Source: Eledone cirrhosa (lineage: Eukaryota). Taken from it: a DNA stretch of 64,000 bases. The position numbers and the translations under genes are program-made. Below are positions 12,108-26,069 of this stretch, in pieces (positions within the stretch are counted from its first letter, which is position 1; every line of letters starts with the position of its first letter). The notes below the pieces were generated by a model. It was not told where the DNA came from. It saw only the letters and a list, made by a program, of their open reading frames with translations, and searched no databases. The stretch covers positions 40,114,001-40,178,000 of the forward strand of contig OZ024755.1 in the NCBI GenBank assembly GCA_964016885.1. The letters run 5' to 3'.

Positions 12108-14397
12108 TGGTATCTTTATTTTGAACTCTTTGAATCGGAAAATTCCTCAACTTAGCGGTGGAATTTATCGTGACGATGGACTCTTTACTATCTTAAATTG
12201 CAACATAGCTAACCTTAATATTATTAAGAACAATATACGTAATCTCTTTAACCAACATAACCTAAAAATTGAATTTGATAACAGCATCAACCTAGCTAAT
12301 TTCTTGGATGTATCTCTTAATCTTGACACTGGCCTATATTACCCTTACCATAAAAACAATGAGAACCTAAATTATGTTAACTTTAAATCTAACCATCCTA
12401 CTAATATCAAGAATGCTATAGTTAGTAATATTGGAAAAAGAATATCTAACCTATCTTCTAATAAAAACATCTTTGATGCTAACGCCAATTACTATAATAA
12501 CGCGCTTTCTAAAGCCGGCTATCCTGATAAAATCAAATATAGTAAAGATAAAATCAAATATAGTAAAGAAACAAATTCTAGAAGAACTTACAGTAGAATA
12601 ATTAATCATGATCATTCCAATAACTTTAATAAAAGACCTAGATACAAGAACATAATCTGGTATAATGCTCCTTTCTCCATCTCTATTAATAACAATATTT
12701 CTAAATTATTCTTTAGTGCCTTAAATAAATGCTTCCCTCCCTCACATATCTATAGTAAAATATTTAACAGACACACTATAAAATTTTCCTATTCTACATC
12801 CTCCAACATTTCCAACATTATCTCTAAACACAACAATAAAATACTAAATACTAAATCTCTTCCTTCCAACACTGAATATCATAATAATAGTAATAGTACT
12901 CCCGACGTCATTGTAAACCCTAGGCTAATTTCTGCAAACCCAAATACAACGTCAAACACAACTTCGCTAAATGTTCTTAATCCCATTCTAAATCAAGAAA
13001 CTATTATTCCTATCGCAAATAACTTCTCCAATCCAATTCCTTCTATAGATAACACTAGGTCACTCGTTAATAATCTCTCTAATCGCAATTGCAGTTGCCC
13101 TGTTAAAAATAAATGTCCTCTCAACAACCATTGTCTTGATAAAAACTTAATTTACGAATGTAAAGTTATAACTGACACCAATTCCTTCACCTATTTTGGC
13201 TCCACTTCCACCTCTTTTAAAGCTCGTCTTTATAACCATCATTCGTCTTTTAAATACAAACTTAAAAGAACCAACACGGCTCTCTCAGAGCTCATATGGT
13301 CCTTGAAAGACAAAAATATTAAATATAGCATCTTTTGGAAGAAGGTTTCTTCTGCGTCTTCATACTTGAACAGTTCTCTATCCAAAATTTGCAATCTCTG
13401 TCTAAATGAAAAATTTACCATTATATCTAATTTAGATTCTATAATAAATAGACGCACTGACTTGTTTTCTATCTGCTTGCATAAATTCCACAAAACATTC
13501 CACAAAGTATACAGCTAATATTCTTTATCAATTTAGAATCTTTTTCTCAAAGGCACATATATATATATACACTTCTTTAAAATATACCCATCTTTCTACC
13601 TTATTTCAAAGGTTATTATACATTCTATAATACTTGTTACTCATTCTATATATCGCTCCTATTTATCACTTCCCTTTCTTCTCTTTTTCTTTTAATGTCT
13701 AACCCCTAATCTGTACCTTTTCTCACTGTTGCCTAACATAGAATCAATTATTACATAATACAATACATTCTTACTCTATATCACCTTGTAAAAATCCTTC
13801 GTAAACAAACATTTTTTTGACGTTAGATTATTCATCCTCAATTCATTATTTGTTTCTCCCTTTCATCTAACTCATTCATGCTCATCTCACAATATATCCT
13901 TACTTAAATTACCTGTTATTCTTTAATAATACATATCAACATTTTCTTTCCATCGCACATATTATTAAACCCTTAATATCATTCTTAATACATATTAACT
14001 TTTTCTTTTCCATCGCACATGTTATTAAACACTTAAATATTATTCTTAATACATATTAACATTTTCTTTTCATCGCACATGTTATTAAACCCTTAAATAT
14101 TATTCTTAATACATATTAACATTTTCTTTTCATCGTGCATATTATTAAACCCCTCAATATACAAACCTTAACTTTACATTATTTTTCTCTTCGCTAATTT
14201 TCAAATTCTTTTAATTTATACATTATCTTCCAACGGTTTTCAACCTCTCTATGTAAAACAATATATCTTTCTCAGTTATAAAAGCTATCTCTCTCTCTCT
14301 ATCACCCATCTCTCCTCCTATCTCATCCTTCCTCATTATACTGCTCCCTCTCCACTTTTTACTCTCATCTCCTCCTCTTTTTCATCCTTTCCACCCC
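12108..14397 (+). mobile_element. 5'-truncated Naiad-like PLE (F1 subfamily): RT C-terminal half and GIY-YIG ORF (12108-13518), 3' UTR
   Basis: GGIYRDDGL catalytic motif, [14 protein letters not shown] thumb, [22 protein letters not shown]; preceded by (TA)n. Confidence 0.92.
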
Positions 14398-15045
14398 ACG
14401 ATCGTTTCTAGGATATATATGTGCTAGAGTTGGTATGCATATTCTATAGATCTATGTACAATATTTATACAAACTATCAGAGGGAATATACATACCTACA
14501 CATATATATGCTGTCTTCAGAAATAATGATATTTGTTTATTGAAAAAAAACAAAGATTCAATACAATAGGTCTGTTTGGGAACAGGTTTTGAATTGACCA
14601 ATAGAGAGATAGTGAGGGTCAAGATAGTAATATATATCTCTCTATTGGTCAATTCAAAACCTGTTCCCAAACAGACCTATTGTATTGAATCTTTGTTTTT
14701 TTCAATAAACAAATATCATTATTTCTGAAGACAGCATATATATGTGTAGGTATGTATATTCCCTCTGATAGTTTGTATAAATATTGTACATAGATCTATA
14801 GAATATGCATACCAACTCTAACACATATATATCCTAGAAACGATCGTAAAATGATGAATTTTTTTAATATAAGGAACTGTTTCTTTGTTTATTCATTATT
14901 TTATTTATTTTTCTTGACTCTGTTTTCCGCTTATTTTTCACCGAAAGCAGTTTTTGAATGCATCTTCTCTTTTCATGATATACGGATTACATTGAGTTCT
15001 TCATACGGATTGGACACTACCGTAAACTTTTGGTAGATTTATCTA
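14398..15045. mobile_element. PLE pLTR (F3) palindrome with arms 14398-14611 and 14637-14847
   Basis: Reverse-complement arms; homologous to 30080-30500, 36460-36740 and 43325-43790. Confidence 0.8.
14716..14857 (+). ncRNA. Type I hammerhead with long helix II (F3); inverted partial copy at 14398-14529
   Basis: tcattattt-CTGAAGA-(~105 nt stem)-GAAA-cgatcg-TA-aaatgatga. Confidence 0.8.
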
Positions 15046-15614
15046 CATATATATATATATATTTATATATATATATATACATATATATATTTATATATAT
15101 ACATAAATATATATATTTATATATATACATATATACATATACATATATATATAGTTAAAAGAATAGAGGTGTAACACACAAGTTATTATATATTGGTAAA
15201 CGGAATAGAAAATGCTGACAAATTGTTCAGTTGAAAAATAGTTTAGTTAGGAATAAAAAGTATTAGTAATTGTATTGGTTAGTAATCAGTTGTTGATTTA
15301 AGTTTTTATCTGTTGCGCATTTCTAAATGCTTTTCAAAAATAATTTTGAGATAAAGCGTCCGTGTTGTTTGCTCTGATCTGATTAGTTTTGGGAATTCTA
15401 CCTGTTTTTATGTTAAAAAAGTGATTCCAGCGCTACTTTGGTGTTGCAAAAATTCTTGTGGTCAAAGTCTTGGCGCAAAATCAATTTTTTACGTTATATA
15501 TATATATATGTGTGTATATATATATACATATATATATATATATGTTTATATATATATATATGTGTATATATATATACATATATATATATATATGTTTATA
15601 TATATATATATGTG

Positions 15615-15659
<45 letters not shown>

Positions 15660-15680
15660 ATATATATATACATATATATA

Positions 15681-15729
<49 letters not shown>

Positions 15730-15748
15730 ATATATATATATATGTGTG

Positions 15749-15813
<65 letters not shown>

Positions 15814-15872
15814 ATATATATATACATATATACATATGTGTATATATATATATACATATATATATATATGTG

Positions 15873-15904
<32 letters not shown>

Positions 15905-16159
15905 CATATATATATATGTGTATATATATACATATGTGTATATATATATACATATATATATGTGTATATGTGTATATATATACATATATATATATGTGGA
16001 TATTTATATACATATATATATATATATGTGTGTATATATATATGTGTATATATATATACACATATATATATATATATATGTGTATATATATATGTGTGTA
16101 TATATATACATATATATATATATGTATATATATATATATGTATATATATATACATATAT

Positions 16160-16190
<31 letters not shown>

Positions 16191-18996
16191 CACGAGGAAT
16201 TAATATTGGTTTTGAAATAACTAATTAACCCGCGTGTGTTTTATATTTTACTCTTAATAATTCGGCCGGAGAATTATATTCCCATTTGCCCTTTATAGCA
16301 TAACTTTCTGCATTTACTGCGGTTATGAGAAGCGGTTCTTATTCGGGTACAACTTCTGATTTAGCCTAAGAAAATATCTATATGCGTGTGTAATTTATAC
16401 AAGCATATATTTATTTTTTTATTTTCAATTGAGTTCTTATACACGTTGGATTGATAATGTTTTCAAAAAAACTAATTAACCGGCATGTATATTTTGCTTT
16501 TCCTCATTTCGTGGGTTGTCTCCCCTTCCCGCTTCGTGTCGCTATGATACTTCCTCAGTCAAAAATTGCTGGAATTTCAAATTTGGCGGTCATTCGAGGT
16601 GGGAGAGAGCAACTTTACGGACATGATTTTTGACAGCGGTAAGAAATTATTTTCTTATATCAATGTTTAATGGGCTTCCACTGATGATTTATAAGTACCC
16701 ACCTAAATATATTCTTACATGAATATATATTAGGCTTCTACATAAACTGGAAACATTCTCCTAAACTTGTAGAAAACTTATAATGAAACAATTGTTTGGA
16801 AAGAGAGATATACTTTAACTTTAATTATATCTCATAAAATAATACAACTGGTTTTTCCACATTATACATATTGTTAGCACCCCAAACACTTAAATTGGGT
16901 TTATATTTTAATATAACCTAATGTTTGTTGAGTGAGATGGTTACCAGTCAGAGTTTAGCTTTAAACTATCTCTGTTATTGTATTAAATATTTACTCTTGA
17001 TTGGCCAGAGGTATTTATTTCCAGGTACCTTATGAATTTGACTTTCCTTATTTATTACTGTTGTGAAATATTGTGGCTTTTTTTGGTTGTAACTTCTCTG
17101 TGTTTTAGCCTAGGAAAGTATTTATATATATGCCTACGTATATAATTACATGCATATATGTATTTATTTTCTTTTATTAATTGAGTTCTTTACACGAGGA
17201 ATTAATATTGGTTTTGAAATAACTAATTAACCCGCATGTGTTTTATATTTTACTCTTAATAATTCGGCCGGAGAATTATATTCCCATTTGCCCTTTATAG
17301 CATAACTTTCTGCATTTACTGCGGTTATGAGAAGCGGTTCTTATTCGGGTACAACTTCTGATTTAGCCTAAGAAAATATCTATATGCGTGTGTAATTTAT
17401 ACAAGCATATATTTATTTTTTTATTTTCAATTGAGTTCTTAAACACGTTGGATTGATAATGTTTTCAAAAAAATTAATTAACCCGCGTGTATATTATTTT
17501 TTTTTCCTCATTTCGTGGGTTGTCTCCCCTTCCCGCTTCGTGTCGCTATGATACTTCCTCAGTCAAAAACTGCTGGAATTTCAAATTTGGCGGTCATTCG
17601 AGGTGGGAGAGAGCAACTTTACGGACATGATTTTTGACAGCAGTAAGAAATTATTTTCTTATATCAATGTTTAATGGGCTTCCACTGATGATTTATAAGT
17701 ACCCACCTAAATATATTCTTACATGAATATATATTAGGCTTCTACATAAACTGGAAACATTCTCCTAAACTTGTAGAAAACTTATAATGAAACAATTGTT
17801 TGGAAAGAGAGATATACTTTAACTTTAATTATATCTCATAAAATAATACAACTGGTTTTTCCACATTATACATATTGTTAGCACCCCAAACACTTAAATT
17901 GGGTTTATATTTTAATATAACCTAATGTTTGTTGAGTGAGATGGTTACCAGTCAGAGTTTAGCTTTAAACTATCTCTGTTATTGTATTAAATATTTACTC
18001 TTGATTGGCCAGAGGTATTTATTTCCAGGTACCTTATGAATTTGACTTTCCTTATTTATTACTGTTGTGAAATATTGTGGCTTTTTTTGGTTGTAACTTC
18101 TCTGTGTTTTAGCCTAGGAAAGTATTTATATATATGCCTACGTATATAATTACATGCATATATGTATTTATTTTCTTTTATTAATTGAGTTCTTTACACG
18201 AGGAATTAATATTGGTTTTGAAATAACTAATTAACCCGCATGTGTTTTATATTTTACTCTTAATAATTCGGCCGGAGAATTATATTCCCATTTGCCCTTT
18301 ATAGCATAACTTTCTGCATTTACTGCGGTTATGAGAAGCGGTTCTTATTCGGGTACAACTTCTGATTTAGCCTAAGAAAATATCTATATGCGTGTGTAAT
18401 TTATACAAGCATATATTTATTTTTTTATTTTCAATTGAGTTCTTAAACACGTTGGATTGATAATGTTTTCAAAAAAATTAATTAACCCGCGTGTATATTA
18501 TTTTTTTTTCCTCATTTCGTGGGTTGTCTCCCCTTCCCGCTTCGTGTCGCTATGATACTTCCTCAGTCAAAAACTGCTGGAATTTCAAATTTGGCGGTCA
18601 TTCGAGGTGGGAGAGAGCAACTTTACGGACATGATTTTTGACAGCAGTAAGAAATTATTTTCTTATATCAATGTTTAATGGGCTTCCACTGATGATTTAT
18701 AAGTACCCACCTAAATATATTCTTACATGAATATATATTAGGCTTCTACATAAACTGGAAACATTCTCCTAAACTTGTAGAAAACTTATAATGAAACAAT
18801 TGTTTGGAAAGAGAGATATACTTTAACTTTAATTATATCTCATAAAATAATACAACTGGTTTTTCCACATTATACATATTGTTAGCACCCCAAACACTTA
18901 AATTGGGTTTATATTTTAATATAACCTAATGTTTGTTGAGTGAGATGGTTACCAGTCAGAGTTTAGCTTTAAACTATCTCTCTTATTGTATTAAAT
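16191..18996 (+). repeat. Tandem array of ~1003-bp units (~2.8 copies), each with a hammerhead
   Basis: cacgaggaattaatattgg at 16191, 17193 and 18197; near-identical units flanked by (TA)n. Confidence 0.92.
16676..16801 (+). ncRNA. Type I hammerhead (F5); copies at 17680-17805 and 18684-18809
   Basis: ttcca-CTGATGA-tttataagt...acttataat-GAAA-caattg-TT-tggaa. Confidence 0.75.
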
Positions 18997-19003
18997 ATAT
19001 ATG

Positions 19004-19037
<34 letters not shown>

Positions 19038-19136
19038 TGTGTGTATATATTTATATATATATGTATATATATATATATGTGTATATATATTTATATATAT
19101 ATGTGTATATATATACACATATATATGTATATATAT

Positions 19137-20195
19137 ACCAGATAGAAAAATGCGTACAGCAAAAAAAAGTAATATTGTTGGAATATAAACCTTTAAAAAT
19201 ACAGGACAAGAAACTAAAATAAAACTTTAAAAGAATAGGACAAGAAACTAAGATAAAACTTTAAAGAATTGGACAAGAAATAAAAAATTTTACAATAATA
19301 TTAGTGGCAAAATTTTTATTGGTAAAAAATCGAGTTCCACATTCATAGGCTCTGGGTTCCACACTCAGAGGTCATCGTCAGACCGGGGGGATCATTTTAT
19401 CCTGGTTTGAACACCAATTGGGCCATAACCATACCCCTATTTCATCATTCGGCGACACGCCTCATGTGCCATGCATAATGTGAATGGACCCATGGACCCA
19501 TGAGCACAGATCTTGAGCAGCAGCGGACGGTCTTGTTGTCCCGCTCATCCTTGATCTTGACCAACCCGTCCATCTTCTCCTTGCATCTTGTCCTTGAGTT
19601 CAAGTCCGGCAGTCCAGATGAATGCGTGCCACAGCTTTCTGGTACGGGAAGGGGGAACAGGAGGCCTGGAGGGATGACGGGACAGAGGGAGGGAGGACCG
19701 GTGGTTGAGGGAGGTGCCGTAGTCGGTGGTCAGAGTCGACATCTTGTCCCGGTCGTCTTCTCCATCTTCGTCTGGTGTTGCGGGACCAGAAGTGCATTCT
19801 TGGAGGAGATCTGCAGCTGCATCGGCCAATTCTTCTTGCAATGGTCATTCTGACGGAGCAGAACTGCTCAGCCAACCAACCCCATCCAGAACCGACCGCT
19901 CAGGGGCAACGCACAATGAGAGCATGACAATTATTATGCACTAATCAAGAAGATACTGGGGTATAGCACATGAAACGAATAAAACATTTTTGCCACTAAT
20001 ATTATTTTAAATTTTTTATTTCTTGTCCAATTCTTTAAAGTTTTATCTTAGTTTCTTGTCCTATTCTTTGAAAGTTTTATCTTAGTTCCTTGTCCTATTC
20101 TTTTAAAGTTTTATTTTAGTTTCTTGTCCTGTATTTTTAAAGGTTTATATTCCAACAATATTACTTTTTTTTGCTGTACGCATTTTTCTATCTGG
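19137..20195. repeat. ~180-bp inverted repeats (19137-19320 / 19980-20195) enclosing a GC-rich core; arms contain ~30-bp subrepeats
   Basis: accagatagaaaaatgcgtacagc vs gctgtacgcatttttctatctggt. Confidence 0.8.
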
Positions 20196-20695
20196 TCTAC
20201 TATTTTTTAAGGCAATGCAAGCAACAACTATCTAATAATTAAATGATCATAGTGAATTACTGACAAGGGATTGACATTTTAAAGTTCTTTTGAGTATAAT
20301 TGCAATCTAGTTGAGGCAACTGGCTTAATGACAAAGCTAGTAAATCATGAATGCATGTGTGATGATTAGTGCATAATAGCGTCATTTCTGGATTACCTCC
20401 CCTAGCGTCACGCTTACTACTCACTCACTTGAACACAAGATTTATCAGCAAACTTTGATTATAAACTTTTTCCCGCTGGACCAAATTTCTAGATTTTTAA
20501 GCCAAAAGATGCGTAATGAGCTACTGTTCATGCTCATATAAGTTTTATCTCAGTTAAATAAAGTAGAGCCGCGCTGTACTGTCGTAAACAGACGATGGCC
20601 AACGAAAACACGACCACAACAATATTACTAAACAGACTACCGTCCGTTTAGGATATGTATATATATATATATATATGTGTATATATATATATGTG

Positions 20696-20784
<89 letters not shown>

Positions 20785-20943
20785 GTCTAAATATATATAT
20801 GTGTATATATATATACATATATATATATATGTGTATATATATATACATATATATATATATATGTGTATATATATACATATACATATATATATATATATAT
20901 GTATATATATGTGTGTGTATATATATATATGTGTATATATATA

Positions 20944-20974
<31 letters not shown>

Positions 20975-21149
20975 GTGTATATATATATATGTGTATATAT
21001 ATATATGTGTGCATATATATATATATACATATATGTGTATATATATATACATATATATGCAAAAGTTCTATTTAAAATTGTTGGAATACAACAAGTAAAT
21101 ATTTTATAACTGATATAAAGCACTCGACAAGTTTTTGGAGTAGATTAGA

Positions 21150-23070
21150 TATACTTAGCTAAAAATGTAGTGTACAATTTTAATGTTAAAACTAATTTAA
21201 ATTCTTTCAACTAAGTTGGTTCAACCTCGACAGAATTTAAACTTCGCTTCAATAATCATAAGAATTCTTTCACAGATCCAAACAAAAAATCCTCAACTTC
21301 GCTATCTAGCCTACTCGGGCAACTTAAACGAGATAATGTTAAATATTCGATGATTTGGAATATTGTATCAAAAGGTATTCCTTTTAATTCCTCATCAGAG
21401 AATTGTGATCTTTGTATAGAAGAAATATTCTTTATATTAAAGTCCAAAAATTCCCTTAATTTAAGGAGCAATTTATTCAGTTGCTGCAGACATAGATTGA
21501 ACTCAACGTTTAAATATAAATATAAATTTAAAATGTAGTTTAATTAATTAAGAAATTTAGTTAATATATGAAACCTGACGATAAATCATTAGATTCCTTC
21601 ACCTTTTTCTTTTTAAACTTTCTTCCTAAATATAAATAAGGATATAATAAACTACTCTAAAATGTATATGCTCCCAATGTATTAAATAAAATTTACGTAA
21701 GATAAATTTCTATACTAAATATAAGGGCATCCGTAGAATCACTGGGTCTTCTAAATCTTTTAAATTATTTTTATTTTTTATTTGTTTTTGACTCTGATAG
21801 CTTCTAATAACTTTCATATGTCTACCCTTGCAATATCTTGTTTGAGATATAGGTAGAATAGATTTCTATAATAAATATATAAAACATATTATTTTAACTT
21901 GAGATACTCTATAGTGTGTTAAAGATATTTAATGCTTTGATATTTCTATATTAATATATTGATATTTGATTATCTCTATACAAAGGCCATTTGTGTGTAT
22001 TAACATGCATATAAAAGGTTTATAGAGTTTATTTATGTGTTCGTATATATGTCTGTATATATGCATAACGATGCTGGAAAACTCACGCAGATATTTATTT
22101 ATAAATATGTATGTGTATGTATGGTTGTGTGTGTATATGTTGATGTGTGTTGCAGATATGCATAATATTAAATACATGAACGGTAATCATATATAAGAGG
22201 ACATGAATATTAATCGTATTTTTATGTATATATACTGTGAAATTTTTATAACACAAGAAATGTATAGAAGTGATCAAGTGAAATCATTTGAATGTCTATA
22301 TTATTGACTGGAGTAGACATAATTTTCTCTTTTTTCAGGACGTACATATGCGTGTATATATATATACATATGTGTATCCGTATTTTTATAAATAGTGTAT
22401 TTTTTGAAGGTTTTAACTCATATTTTGGTATATTGACCTCAAGGTTTTAAACTAAACATATGGTCATTATTGAACAATATTATTTTCTCATATTATATAT
22501 CTATGTCCCATTCATGAATATTGATATTTACATTTTTATTATTCATTTCATATGAATTGTTAATTCAACTTAACATGACATGACGTAAAGTTGTCACTAT
22601 ATGCTCCTCTCTCTATATAGTACTTCCTCTCTCTTGAGTTTCTCTATCTGTATGATGAATTAATATCTCTCTGTTGCTTTCTTTTGTCTTTCTTATTTCT
22701 TTCTTTTTTTCTTTCTTTTTCATTCCCTCCTATCTATTTATATATATCTTTCTTTTCTGCATACATTCCTTTTCTCTCTCTCCTTCTTTTTCTCTCTCCT
22801 TCTCTCTCTCCGTTTTTTCTTTCTCTCCGTCTTTTTTCTAACTGTGCTTAACACTATAACTAATAAAATAATTATAAACATCTCACTATCCAGACAGCTT
22901 CCAAAAATAATGGTCGCATCTAATAGGGTACGTCAAAATTATTTATAAAACTGTTTATATATTGTATTTTGTCTGATGAAGGCATACCATATTTTAATTT
23001 GGTATCCCTGAAATATGTATAATGAAATAAATATGGTTTTATAAATATAGTTTCCATTTATTTAATATCG
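21150..23070 (+). mobile_element. Naiad-like PLE 3' relic (GIY-YIG, degenerate, to 21538) and long pLTR (F4)
   Basis: VGSTSTEFKLRFNNHKNSF, WNIV, CDLCIEE, NLRSNLFSCCRH. Confidence 0.8.
22965..23029 (+). ncRNA. Type I hammerhead (F4); copies at 23469-23534 (-) and 24343-24408 (+)
   Basis: tattttgt-CTGATGA-aggcatacca..tggtatccct-GAAA-tatgta-TA-atgaaata. Confidence 0.8.
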
Positions 23071-23240
23071 TATACATATATATATATATATGTGTATATA
23101 TATATACATATATATATATATATGTGTATATATATATACATATATATATATATATGTGTATATATATATACATATATATATATATATGTGTATATATATA
23201 TACATATATATATATGTGTGTGTATATACATATATATGTG

Positions 23241-23277
<37 letters not shown>

Positions 23278-23426
23278 GTGTATATATATATACATATATA
23301 TATATGTGTGTGTATATATATATACATATATATATATATGCAAAGTTTTATTTAAATTGTTGGGTTACAACGAGTAAATATTTATAACTGATATAAAAGC
23401 ACTCAACAAGTATTTGGAGTATATTT

Positions 23427-24040
23427 ACGATATTAAATAAATGGAAACTATATTTATAAAACCATATTTATTTCATTATATATATTTCAGGGATATCATA
23501 TTAAAAATATGGTATGCCTTCATCAGACAAAATACAATATAAACAGTCTTATAAATAGATAGATTTGACATACCTTACACTTCAACTTCCATTTAAAAAG
23601 TTGATTTGGTAGTGAAAATTGTTAGGGACAGTTATAGAGAAAAAAAGAAAGAAAGAAAGAAAGCGAATTTTAACCTAGACATATGATCATTATTATGATC
23701 ATTATTTTTCACACATTATTGATACGTGTCTCATTCATGAATACTGATATTTACATTATAATACCTAATTCATACGAATTGATATTTTAGACTGATGAAA
23801 CATAATGTTTTAAATCTGCCTCGTTTATCTCTGGATATTTTTCTTTTCTCTCTATGTAACGGCTGTTTTCTCTCCTAACCACATATATCTCTCTCCACCT
23901 TAATACTAGAACTAAATAAATAAATAAATAAATAAATATATCATTGATACGTCATTCAACTGGTGCCCAACTACCTATTTTTCTCTCTCTCTATCTCTAT
24001 CTATATCTATCTCTCTCTATTTTTTTTTCTCTCTCTCTCT

Positions 24041-24088
<48 letters not shown>

Positions 24089-24451
24089 CTTCTGTTTTTC
24101 TCTCTCTATCTATCTCTCTCTGTTTTTTCTTTACATGAATTTCTTCTCTCTATCTATCTCTCTATATCTATCTCTCTCTGTTTTTCGTTGCATGCATTTC
24201 TTCTTTTTCTTCGCTTTCTTTCTTTCTTTCTTTTTTTCTCTATAACTGTCCCTAACATTTTTCACTACCAAATCAACTTTTTAAATGGAAGTTGAAGTGT
24301 AAGGTATGCCAAATCTATCTATTTATAAGACTGTTTATATTGTATTTTGTCTGATGAAGGCATACCATATTTTTAATATGATATCCCTGAAATATATATA
24401 ATGAAATAAATATGGTTTTATAAATATAGTTTCCATTTATTTAATATCGTA
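23427..24451. mobile_element. Inverted pair of F4 pLTR ends
   Basis: 23427-23666 is the reverse complement of 24211-24451. Confidence 0.75.
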
Positions 24452-24503
24452 CATATATATATATATATATATTTATGTGTACATATATATATATATATAT
24501 ATT

Positions 24504-24590
<87 letters not shown>

Positions 24591-24609
24591 GTGTATATAT
24601 ATATGTGTA

Positions 24610-24650
<41 letters not shown>

Positions 24651-24655
24651 GTGTA

Positions 24656-24692
<37 letters not shown>

Positions 24693-24695
24693 GTG

Positions 24696-24730
<35 letters not shown>

Positions 24731-24776
24731 GAGTATATATATATACATATATATATATATGTGTATATATATATAC

Positions 24777-24828
<52 letters not shown>

Positions 24829-24855
24829 ATATATATATACATATATATATATGTG

Positions 24856-24934
<79 letters not shown>

Positions 24935-24951
24935 GTGTATATATATATATA

Positions 24952-25836
24952 TTCTATCCTATTCTAAGGCGGGTAAAATTCCCGAGATCCATCGACGAGT
25001 TCTCTCCAGCGGTCTCTGTCCCTCATTATCGCTGCCATGTCCTGCGTCTCCAACAGACCAGTGTCTGTCCTTAGGGCATCAACATACGTTAACCTTGGTC
25101 TTCCTCTTCTAGTGTGTCCATGTAGGGGCTCCCAAAGGAGCACTGAGTGCAATGTCAACTCTGGATGTCGGTGAGCATGTCCAGCTAACCTCAGTCTCCT
25201 CTGTGTCACTTTTGAGCTGACTTTTGGGATGCTCCCATACAGCTCTGAGTTTTTCATCCTCAGTGTATACTGATTAATGTTCAGAGCCATCCTCAGCATT
25301 CTCGTGTACCACCCATCCACCATCTGAGTGAGTTTCTTAGTCAGTGTCCAAGTCTCAAACCCATATAGCAGCACAGACTCCACTACAGCAATGAAGAGGC
25401 GGACTTTCAGGTCTCTACAAAGGTCCGACTTCCACACCGATCTCAAGCTGTGGCACGCCGCCCAGGCCTTGCCCTTCCTCTCAACCACATCATCTTCCGT
25501 ATTCCCAATCTTTGCTCCCAAATACAGGAAGCACTCAACCAATTCTATCCGCTTCCCGCCTACATTACTGATCCCCTCTGGCTTCTCAACATTCCCTACC
25601 AGATATTTTGTTTTAGTCTCATTCATTCTCAGCTCCACACTCATCGACAGTCTCAACCTCTTGCATCAAATCCTCTGCCTCCTTCACTGTATTTGTCACC
25701 AAAACTATGTCGTCGGCAAATTCAGCATCCGATACCTTTTTCGCCCTAACTCTCCTGCTCTGAGCCGGTGCCACAGTAAAGCCAGAGTCCTGGTGTTTCT
25801 CCAGTGCAAGGCTCATACAATAGTCCACTACGAGGT
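24952..25836 (-). pseudogene. RTE-clade non-LTR retrotransposon, 3' fragment (RT end), frameshifted
   Basis: FADD motif, [35 protein letters not shown]; 3' end abuts (TA)n. Confidence 0.85.
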
Positions 25837-25908
25837 TATATATATATAACCTTTTATATATATATATATGTGTGTATATATATTTACATATATATATATA
25901 AATATGTG

Positions 25909-25939
<31 letters not shown>

Positions 25940-25952
25940 GTGTATATATATT

Positions 25953-26021
<69 letters not shown>

Positions 26022-26069
26022 ATATATATATATACATATATATATATGTGTAAATATATATATACATAT

